Notes under the pieces: model-generated
The model's input: the letters and a program-made list of their open reading frames with translations, nothing else
What the model was told of the DNA's origin: nothing
The model's database searches: none
Shown here: piece after piece, positions 57,551 to 64,000 of the stretch
Layout: the number at the start of each line of letters is the position of its first letter
Numbering within the stretch: position 1 is the first letter of the stretch
Program-made: the position numbers and the translations under genes
Source of the DNA: Bacillota bacterium
Lineage (GTDB): Bacteria > Bacillota > Clostridia > Oscillospirales > CAG-382
NCBI GenBank assembly: GCA_029550965.1
Contig: JAKPGJ010000015.1
Span: 2,139 to 66,138 of the forward strand
Direction: 5' to 3'
DNA: 64,000 bases

Positions 57551-58594
57551 TTATATGTCAACCGCTGCTTTGAAAACCGAAACTTTTCTGTCCACCGCGG
57601 CGGCAATCTTTTTCACATTATTCACAACCGAATCGAACATATCCGGCGTCAGGGACTGCGAACCGTCGCAAAGCGCTTTCGCCGGATTGTTATGCACTTC
57701 GATAATCAGTCCGTCCGCGCCTGCGGCGACCGCAGCCATCGAAAGCGGCTCGACCAGCCAGGGAATTCCGGCGGCGTGAGACGGGTCGATGAAAACCGGC
57801 AGATGCGACAGTTTCTTTAAAATCGGAACCGCGGAAATATCCAGCGTGTTGCGGGTTTTCGTCTCAAAGGTGCGGATGCCGCGCTCGCAGAGAATAACGT
57901 TTTCGTTGCCGTTCGACATGATGTACTCGGCGCTCATCAGCAGCTCTTCGATCGTGTTGGCAAGCCCGCGCTTGAGCAGCACCGGGCGGCGCTGTTTGCC
58001 CAACGCTTTTAAAAGGTCAAAGTTCTGCATATTTCTCGCGCCGACCTGAATGATGTCGACGTCCTCAAACAGCTCGAGCTGGGAGACCGACATAACCTCG
58101 CTGATAATCGGAAGTCCGGTTCTCTTTCTTGCCAGTCTTAACAGTTTCAGACCGTCCGCGCCCATGCCCTGAAACGCGTACGGAGAGGTTCTGGGTTTGA
58201 ACGCGCCGCCGCGCAAAATGACGGCGCCGGATTTCTTTACGGCTTCCGCGACTTCCGTAACCTGTTCTTCGCTCTCAACCGAGCAGGGGCCCGCGATCAG
58301 CGTAACGCTTCCGTCGCCGATTTTCAAGCCGTTTTCCAGCGTAATCACCGTATCGTCGGGATGGAATTTGCGGTTCGCTTTCTTATACGGCTCCTGAACC
58401 CGCTTTACTTCCTGCACGATTTCCTGCGCGCGGATAGAGTCCTCGTCCACCGCCGACGTGTCGCCGATCAGGCCGAGAACCACGCTGTCGCGGCCGACCG
58501 AAACGTGAATGCCGACGTTGTATTTTTTCTCAAGGTACTCTTTAAATTCATTGATTTTGCTTTCGGTTTGGTTGTTTTTCAGAACGATGATCAT
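57551..58594 (-). CDS. aroF: 3-deoxy-7-phosphoheptulonate (DAHP) synthase, type I-beta with N-terminal ferredoxin-like regulatory domain
   Basis: About 70-aa N-terminal regulatory domain, then a KDO8P/DAHPS barrel (IAGPCSVES, GAFKPRTSPY, VGARNMQN, DPSHA). Confidence 0.9.
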   Translation of the reverse strand: MIIVLKNNQTESKINEFKEYLEKKYNVGIHVSVGRDSVVLGLIGDTSAVDEDSIRAQEIVQEVKRVQEPYKKANRKFHPDDTVITLENGLKIGDGSVTLIAGPCSVESEEQVTEVAEAVKKSGAVILRGGAFKPRTSPYAFQGMGADGLKLLRLARKRTGLPIISEVMSVSQLELFEDVDIIQVGARNMQNFDLLKALGKQRRPVLLKRGLANTIEELLMSAEYIMSNGNENVILCERGIRTFETKTRNTLDISAVPILKKLSHLPVFIDPSHAAGIPWLVEPLSMAAVAAGADGLIIEVHNNPAKALCDGSQSLTPDMFDSVVNNVKKIAAAVDRKVSVFKAAVDI

Positions 58595-58632
58595 AAATGT
58601 TCTTCTCCTTCCGTTGTCTTTCGTATTGGTAT

Positions 58633-58664
58633 AAAAAAACGGAGCCCACTGCGTGAGCTCCGTA
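58633..58664 (-). terminator. Attenuator terminator upstream of aroF
   Basis: Minus strand ACGGAGCUCAC-GCA-GUGGGCUCCGU followed by U7 (58639-58633), ending 39 nt before the aroF ATG. Confidence 0.8.
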
Positions 58665-58684
58665 TAATCTCCCTACTATTGCTC

Positions 58685-58795
58685 CTATTCGGGTATACAG
58701 ACCATCTTCACAGCAGTGTTATTACACGACGAAAAGACCGCATAATAATAGCGGCCGCCGTAATAGTAATAACCCTTTTTGTTTGCTGTAAACAT
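58685..58795 (-). CDS. Tyr-rich leader peptide (36 aa) of the aroF-tyrA operon
   Basis: Hand translation of the minus strand: ATG TTT ACA GCA AAC AAA AAG GGT TAT TAC TAT TAC GGC GGC CGC TAT TAT TAT GCG GTC TTT TCG TCG TGT AAT AAC ACT GCT GTG AAG ATG GTC TGT ATA CCC GAA TAG, giving MFTANKKGYYYYGGRYYYAVFSSCNNTAVKMVCIPE. AGGAGAATAAGG lies upstream. The ORF is below the size cutoff of the supplied track. Confidence 0.65.
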   Translation of the reverse strand: MFTANKKGYYYYGGRYYYAVFSSCNNTAVKMVCIPE

Positions 58796-58816
58796 AAGTC
58801 TGCCTTATTCTCCTGA

Positions 58817-59215
58817 TTATTCAGATTCGGTTTCGTAAAGCGATTCGGTAGAAGACGTATCGGTCGAACTCGAAGTCTCGCTGGTAACTGCCGCCGCAGA
58901 GCTTGTCGCCGCGGAATTTACAGCCGAAGTAGACGACTCCTCGTTATCCTGTCTTACCGTAACGGTGTGAACAATGTAAAGCGAAAGTACAAGCGCTGCG
59001 AATACGATGCCTAAATACATAGTCGCTTTGTTCAGCATTCTTGCTTTGCTTTTTCTTTTATTTTTGCCGTAGAAAGTTTCTGAAGCACCGCCGCTGATCG
59101 TACCCGACAGACCTCTTCTGATGCTCTGCTGCATCATGATCAGTACTATAAGAACAATTCCTAAAATACCCAATAGTCCGCCGATAACGTATTCGAGCAC
59201 GCTTAATCCGTTCAT
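58817..59215 (-). CDS. secG: Preprotein translocase subunit SecG with long Ser/Thr-rich acidic C-terminal tail
   Basis: ATG at 59215 after GGAGGA. The two-TM SecG core reads (MNGLSVLEYVIGGLLGILGIVLIVLIMMQQ...GLSGTISGG...). This is followed by a tail of about 50 aa: SSTSAVNSAATSSAAAVTSETSSSTDTSSTESLYETESE. Confidence 0.8.
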   Translation of the reverse strand: MNGLSVLEYVIGGLLGILGIVLIVLIMMQQSIRRGLSGTISGGASETFYGKNKRKSKARMLNKATMYLGIVFAALVLSLYIVHTVTVRQDNEESSTSAVNSAATSSAAAVTSETSSSTDTSSTESLYETESE

Positions 59216-59281
59216 ATTTATAAATCCTCCGATTATAAGCAATTCATTTAGGCATGATATCCGCAATATGCCGCAGTCTCC

Positions 59282-59310
59282 ATTTTACCATATAAAATCT
59301 TATTTTGCAA
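59282..59310 (-). promoter_or_regulatory. Sigma-A promoter for secG
   Basis: Minus strand TTGCAA (59310-59305), 17 nt, TAAAAT (59287-59282). Confidence 0.6.
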
Positions 59311-59383
59311 GAGAAAAATTCTTTTTTTGCAAATATTTTTAAAGACGCCGGTACTGCGGTTTTTGTTCTTCCTGCAAATAGGA

Positions 59384-60889
59384 TTAGCGGTATCCGTTCT
59401 CGTTGTCTTTTTTAATTTTTTTAACTCCCCGAACGATCGAAGCGACCAGCGAGAACAACGTATAGGCAACAATGATTAAAGCGAACACGATCAGAATAAC
59501 CTTCATCGTGCTGCCGAACAGGAAATCCTTGATGCGGTTTGCCGTTGACATCAGTTTGCTCTCGTCTACCGTGTTCTGGGTGATGAGGTTGACGCTGCCG
59601 ATAACGGTTCCTTGATAGGTAAAGGTCAGCGTGCCCACAACCTGTCCTTTGAGCACCGGCGCTTTTATGGTGCTGACCTTAGATTCTTCGCCGCTTTCAT
59701 ATATCAGGCTGGAATCCAGCGTAATCTGCCTTTGTATCTGCGAAAGGTCCACCGCTTTGTTGATAAGCAGTTCAACCTTTTTCTCCGGGACAACCGCGAC
59801 GTAGTCGTAGTTTTTGCCCATCTCCACCTTCATCTCGGTAATCAGCTCGTTTTCGCCGACCAGCTTTTGAAAAGCGAAGGATTTGCGCGTCCAGTCAATC
59901 AGGACCGCGGTGTCGTCATAGGCGTTGCCGGGGCCGAAGGTTCTCGAACCGTCGGTTCCGCGGATTTCTCCGCTCGCCTCCATGACAACGATGATATACG
60001 CAAGCCCATCCTTCTCGGTCGCGGTAATCAGACAATAGCCGTCGTTGTTGCTGCGCTGCCCCGCCATTAAGCCGACGGCGTACTTGTTTTTATAATCCCG
60101 CGTAAGAAAATCCGACAGGAGATAGTTTTTGGTGTGAATGGTGCTTTTTTGGTTAAAGGTCATCTTCGGACGGTTGTCGAGCAGCAGCAGGTCGTTGTAT
60201 TTGTAAAACGCGCCGGCGATCCTCGCGACATCCTCCGGCGTCGTCGTCATGCCGTCCTCGACCAGACCGATCGCGTTCGTGAAGTTGCTGTTCGTTGCGC
60301 CGACCTCCGCGGCTTTCTGGTTCATACGCGCGATAAACGCATCCATATTGCCGTTCAGCAGCTTGGTCGCGCAGTAATACGCCAAAATATTGCAGGCGTC
60401 GTTCATATTCGCAATCAGGGTCGCGCCGATTAAGTCCTCCGCCTTGTAGGTTTCGCCCGGACGCAGTCCTAAAAACGGAGCGCTCAAATCGCCCTGCTTG
60501 CCGATATTCAGAAGCGCGCCCGATTCGACGGTGATTTCCGTGTTAAAATCAAGGTTCTTCTCTTTAAAAATATCGTACACGACCATCATGGTCAACAGCT
60601 TGGTCGCCGCCGTGGGCGACAGCTTTTCGGCGCCGCGTTTGGAATACAGCACCTGATCGACGTCCACGTTATAGACCACAACCGCGTTGTCGGAAGTCAG
60701 GTTCGGCGTAAGCGTAATTTCGTCCGTCGAGCTGGTGTTCGCGCTGGACGAACCGGCGCTCGAAGACGCGGAAACTGCGCTTGAGGTTTGCGAGCTGGTG
60801 TTTGCGGCCGAAACGCCGGAAATCGGCATAGAAACCGCCGTAAATACCGCCAAAACTGCCAATATGAATGCTGCTGCTTTCTTTTTCAA
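59384..60889 (-). CDS. D-alanyl-D-alanine carboxypeptidase (PBP5/DacF, S11) homologue lacking all three catalytic motifs
   Basis: Signal peptide, S-rich linker, S11-like body and a C-terminal TM. Aligned by eye to B. subtilis DacF as recalled from memory: SxxK (PASMTK) reads PTAATK, SxN (SGND) reads NMND, and KTG reads MAG. Confidence 0.75.
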   Translation of the reverse strand: MKKKAAAFILAVLAVFTAVSMPISGVSAANTSSQTSSAVSASSSAGSSSANTSSTDEITLTPNLTSDNAVVVYNVDVDQVLYSKRGAEKLSPTAATKLLTMMVVYDIFKEKNLDFNTEITVESGALLNIGKQGDLSAPFLGLRPGETYKAEDLIGATLIANMNDACNILAYYCATKLLNGNMDAFIARMNQKAAEVGATNSNFTNAIGLVEDGMTTTPEDVARIAGAFYKYNDLLLLDNRPKMTFNQKSTIHTKNYLLSDFLTRDYKNKYAVGLMAGQRSNNDGYCLITATEKDGLAYIIVVMEASGEIRGTDGSRTFGPGNAYDDTAVLIDWTRKSFAFQKLVGENELITEMKVEMGKNYDYVAVVPEKKVELLINKAVDLSQIQRQITLDSSLIYESGEESKVSTIKAPVLKGQVVGTLTFTYQGTVIGSVNLITQNTVDESKLMSTANRIKDFLFGSTMKVILIVFALIIVAYTLFSLVASIVRGVKKIKKDNENGYR

Positions 60890-60902
60890 GCGTATTCCCC
60901 CA

Positions 60903-61829
60903 TTAATGCTGGTTTAAAAAGTATTCTTTTGCCGCTTTAATATCCGATTGTATCTGGTCTTTTAATTGGTCGAGCGAATCGAACTTTATCTCCTGCCTTA
61001 GCCGTTTCTTCAGGCTGACTCGTACCGCCTGGTTATACAAATCGCCGCTGAAATCAAAAAGATGGGTTTCGCAGACCGGGCAGTCCCCCGTTTTGCAAAC
61101 GGTGGGGCGAATCCCTATGTTGGCGATGCCTTTATAAACAACGCCGTTCGCTTCGCATTCCACCGCGTAAACGCCGTAGGCAGGGATTACACGGTACTCC
61201 GGAAAAACCTGATTGATGGTCGGAAAACCCAGGCTTCTGCCGATTTGGCGGCCGTGGATGACCGGCAAAGTAAAGCAGTACGGCCTGCCCAACAGCTTTT
61301 CCGCCCGCTCGACGTCCCCGACGCTCAAAAGCCGCCGTATCTCGGTCGAGCTTACGGGCTTTCCTTCAAAATACACCGCGGGGGTGATCACGCACCGGAC
61401 GCCGTGTCTTGCCAGCAGCTTTTCGAGGTCTTCCGCGCTCCCGGCCCTCCCTTTTCCGAACCGGAAATCGAACCCGCAGATGACGGTGTCGGCGTTGAAT
61501 TTTCTTACAAGAATATTATCGGTGAATTCTTCGGGAGATAATCCGCCGATATCCGCAAAATCCGCAAAATAGATGTTCTTTGCGCCGTATTCGGAAAGAA
61601 ACCGCATTTTGTCCTCGGTTCCGGTCAGATATTTGACCTCGCCGCTTGTCAGCAGGTTCTTCGGGTTCTGGGCGAACGTAAAAACGATTCCGTCCAGCTT
61701 TTTTTCTTCCGCCAGCTCTGCCATCGTCTTTATTAAAAGCCGGTGTCCGATATGAACACCGTCGAAGTTTCCAATGGCTATGATGGTTTTTTGCTTTATC
61801 GGCAAGTCGTTGTCGGTAATAATGTTCAT
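60903..61829 (-). CDS. ribF: Bifunctional riboflavin kinase / FMN adenylyltransferase
   Basis: Start MNIITDND at 61829; the track start at 61910 is an upstream extension. GNFDGVHIGH, and a C-terminal riboflavin kinase domain (GFPTINQ...GIANIGIRPT...ETHLFDFSGDLY). Confidence 0.9.
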   Translation of the reverse strand: MNIITDNDLPIKQKTIIAIGNFDGVHIGHRLLIKTMAELAEEKKLDGIVFTFAQNPKNLLTSGEVKYLTGTEDKMRFLSEYGAKNIYFADFADIGGLSPEEFTDNILVRKFNADTVICGFDFRFGKGRAGSAEDLEKLLARHGVRCVITPAVYFEGKPVSSTEIRRLLSVGDVERAEKLLGRPYCFTLPVIHGRQIGRSLGFPTINQVFPEYRVIPAYGVYAVECEANGVVYKGIANIGIRPTVCKTGDCPVCETHLFDFSGDLYNQAVRVSLKKRLRQEIKFDSLDQLKDQIQSDIKAAKEYFLNQH

Positions 61830-62056
61830 AAAAGATCTCTTTTCTAACCCTGTTTGCGAACAAAAAATAGAAAAAACATGCGGTGCCGCATGACGCTCTC
61901 GTTCTACCAACCTTTTGCTTTTATACCTTAAATATATCTTTTTTTTCGCGCTTTGTCAATCGCAGGCAGAATATTTTTGGGCGCGGACGATAAAAATATA
62001 TTTACCAGACTTTTACGGTTTGGCAGGTTTTTTAATATGTTAAAAGGATGGATTTT

Positions 62057-64000
62057 ATGTCCGGTCAAAAATACGGCGCGGTAGTTATGGCTGGAGGATT
62101 CGGAAGCAGGCTTGCGCCGCTGACCAACACAAGACCCAAGCCCATGCTTCCGATCAACAACCGCAGCGCGTTCGAGCGCATACTCGACCTGCTCGCCGAC
62201 AACGGGTTTGAAAGCGCCGCGGTGACGACCATGTATCTTCCGGAACAGCTGGAAAGCGTCAAACACGACCGCGTCCGCCTTGCGTTTTTCCGCGAGGACG
62301 AGCCGAGGGGCAGCGCCGGCGCGGTGCGAGCGCTTTCTGACTGTCTTTCCGATACGGTGCTCATTATTTCCGGAGACGCCGTATGCGATTTCGCGCTGAA
62401 AGAGCTTTACGAAAGGCATATTTCCGAAAACCGGCAGGTTACCATGCTGCTGACCAAAACTAAAAACCCAAAAGAATTCGGCACGGTGCTTTTGGACGGT
62501 AAAACCGGCAGAATCGCGCGATTTTTAGAAAAACCATCGTGGGCGGACACGCTTTCCAATCTGATCAACACCGGCATTTATATTTTGAACCGAGATATCA
62601 TCAACCAAATCCCCGAAGGGGTATTTTTTGACTTTGGAAGAGATTTGTTCCCGCAGCTTTTAAAAAAGAACATTCCGATTCACGGCGAAGTGGCGCAGGG
62701 ATACTGGTGCGACATCGGAACGTTCGGCGACTTTTACGCCTGCAGCATGCGGCTTTCGGGCGGCCAAAACATTGTCGGCGCGGGCTGTTCGGTCGATCCA
62801 AACGCGAAAATCGCCGGCAGCATTCTGTTTGAAAACGTCAAAGTCGGCGACAGCGAGATTACGGACAGCATTATTGCCGAAAACGTCGTGATCGGCAGCG
62901 GCTGCGTCATTCCGGAGGGCTGCGTCATCGGCGCCGGAACCGTGATCGGCGACCGCGCGGTTTTATCGCCCGGCATTCGGATCGCCGACCGCGCGCGTAT
63001 CAGCAAAGGAGCAAAAGTGATGGGAAATATATTTATGAGTTCCGCTTCCTCGCACCTGTTCGGTGACGAGGGCATTTCCGGAAAATACGGAAGCGAGATT
63101 GACGGCGAGCTGTGCTTCAAACTCGGGCATGGGTTGTCCACGCTCGGAAAACCCGCCCGCGTCGGGATTATGTACAACGGCGAAAAAATAGCAAAACTGC
63201 TCGCGGATTCCATAAAAATAGCCGTCGTTTCCTGCGGCGGGCAGGTGATTGACCTGGAGGACGGGTTTGTCGAGCTGGCGTCCTTCGCCCCGCAGGCGTA
63301 TCGTTTGGACTGCTGCGCGTATGTTTCGTATCTGGGCGGGGACAGCGAGAAAAACGTTCATATCCGGATTTTTGAAAAGAACGGGCTTTTTTTGTCCCGA
63401 GAAAAACAGCGCAAAATCGAAAACGCGATGCGCGAAAAACTGCCCGCGCCCGCGGAGATTTACGAGCCGCAGCTTCTTGAGCATACGGAGCGTGTCAAAT
63501 TCCGGTACTGCCATTACCTGCAAAACACCGCCGGACGGCTGGACGGCATTCAGGCGGCGGCGATGGGCAAAAACGAGCAGGCGAACTTCTTCTTTTCCAA
63601 CGCGCGCGAGCTGGGCGCCGAAACGGTGATGATTGAGGACGACTCCGACGTCAGCGGCGACGTTTTTGCGTTCGACGGCGACGGCGGCGTTTCCGCGGTC
63701 ACTGCCGATGGAACGACGCTTTCGTTCTGGCAGTTGTTTACGCTTGCCGCGCTGTGCGGAAAGAATAAGAAAAAGCTGTATCTTCCGCAGTCCACGCCGG
63801 AAGCGGTGGAAGGCTATCTGAAACAATCAGGCCTGCAGCCCTGTTTTTACAACCACAGCGAAAGCGAGGAAAGAAAAAACGCTTTTTCAACCCATTTTTA
63901 CAACGACAGCGTGCTTTTGGCGCTGATGGTCTGCAGGTATCTTTGCGAAAACAACTTAACGCTCAAAGAGGCGGTCAGCAAGCTGCCGCGCTTCTATGTC
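62057..64000 (+). CDS. Sugar-phosphate nucleotidyltransferase (NTP_transferase + left-handed beta-helix) fused to a phosphohexomutase-like region; 3' end outside window
   Basis: This ORF is not in the supplied track. I translated 648 codons from ATG 62057 (after AAGGATGG) to the window edge without meeting a stop. N-terminus reads MSGQKYGAVVMAGGFGSRLAPLTNTRPKPMLP. Hexapeptide repeats (ENVVIGSGCVIPEGCVIGAGTVIG) are followed by a PGM/PMM-like region that lacks a recognisable (T/S)ASHNP phosphoserine loop. Confidence 0.8.
   Translation, partial: MSGQKYGAVVMAGGFGSRLAPLTNTRPKPMLPINNRSAFERILDLLADNGFESAAVTTMYLPEQLESVKHDRVRLAFFREDEPRGSAGAVRALSDCLSDTVLIISGDAVCDFALKELYERHISENRQVTMLLTKTKNPKEFGTVLLDGKTGRIARFLEKPSWADTLSNLINTGIYILNRDIINQIPEGVFFDFGRDLFPQLLKKNIPIHGEVAQGYWCDIGTFGDFYACSMRLSGGQNIVGAGCSVDPNAKIAGSILFENVKVGDSEITDSIIAENVVIGSGCVIPEGCVIGAGTVIGDRAVLSPGIRIADRARISKGAKVMGNIFMSSASSHLFGDEGISGKYGSEIDGELCFKLGHGLSTLGKPARVGIMYNGEKIAKLLADSIKIAVVSCGGQVIDLEDGFVELASFAPQAYRLDCCAYVSYLGGDSEKNVHIRIFEKNGLFLSREKQRKIENAMREKLPAPAEIYEPQLLEHTERVKFRYCHYLQNTAGRLDGIQAAAMGKNEQANFFFSNARELGAETVMIEDDSDVSGDVFAFDGDGGVSAVTADGTTLSFWQLFTLAALCGKNKKKLYLPQSTPEAVEGYLKQSGLQPCFYNHSESEERKNAFSTHFYNDSVLLALMVCRYLCENNLTLKEAVSKLPRFYV

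Noticed and set aside
61928-63826. Three listed minus-strand ORFs (163, 159, 287 aa)
   Set aside because: They are antisense to the unlisted 648-codon plus-strand nucleotidyltransferase ORF, which has unmistakable motifs.
1-64000. Search for CRISPR arrays, rRNA/tRNA genes, IS elements, integrases, prophage or toxin-antitoxin/defence islands
   Set aside because: I saw no regularly spaced direct repeats, no tRNA-like cloverleaf candidates in the intergenic regions, and no transposase, recombinase or phage-like ORFs. The window looks like core chromosome. This was a visual scan only, so short or degenerate elements could have been missed.

Overview
A chromosomal, mostly housekeeping window from a spore-forming Clostridia-type Firmicute. 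The evidence for that placement is sigma-A TTGACA/TATAAT promoters, GGAGG ribosome-binding sites, a GerA-family gene, a dockerin-bearing protein and a typical rplS-lepB-rbgA-rnhB-yraN block. I found no rRNA or tRNA genes, no CRISPR array, and no transposase, integrase or phage genes.

Gene content:
- a 5-gene peptide/nickel-type ABC importer
- glycolysis and acetate genes (pgk, tpiA, ackA)
- aminoacyl-tRNA synthetases (proS, hisS, aspS)
- two aromatic amino-acid loci (aroF-tyrA, and a fusion gene followed by aroQ)
- an ABC-2/GldG-like/DUF4340 cluster
- TPP- and cobalamin-riboswitch-controlled vitamin uptake genes
- sporulation/germination genes and several surface proteins

The most interesting signals are cis-regulatory and absent from the ORF track:
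1. A 36-codon tyrosine-rich leader ORF (YYYY...YYY) sits with an intrinsic terminator and an overlapping candidate antiterminator directly upstream of aroF-tyrA. This looks like ribosome-mediated attenuation keyed to Tyr.
2. A ~300-nt leader lies upstream of a TIM-barrel/acyl-CoA-synthetase fusion-aroQ-dut operon. It has a convincing T-box Stem I with a CUC (Leu) specifier, but the canonical UGGN-containing T-box sequence is missing.

Secondary observations:
- Five homologues of enzymes or kinases have lost their catalytic or nucleotide-binding motifs: PBP5/DacF-like, LytM/M23-like, MgsA-like, a histidine-kinase-like protein, and the mutase half of a nucleotidyltransferase fusion.
- An LRR-dockerin gene is broken by two frameshifts.
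- A twin perfect palindrome sits in a 5' UTR.
- A long ORF (62057 to the window end) is missing from the supplied track.

All calls come from reading the sequence by eye. No folding, covariance-model or database searches were run.
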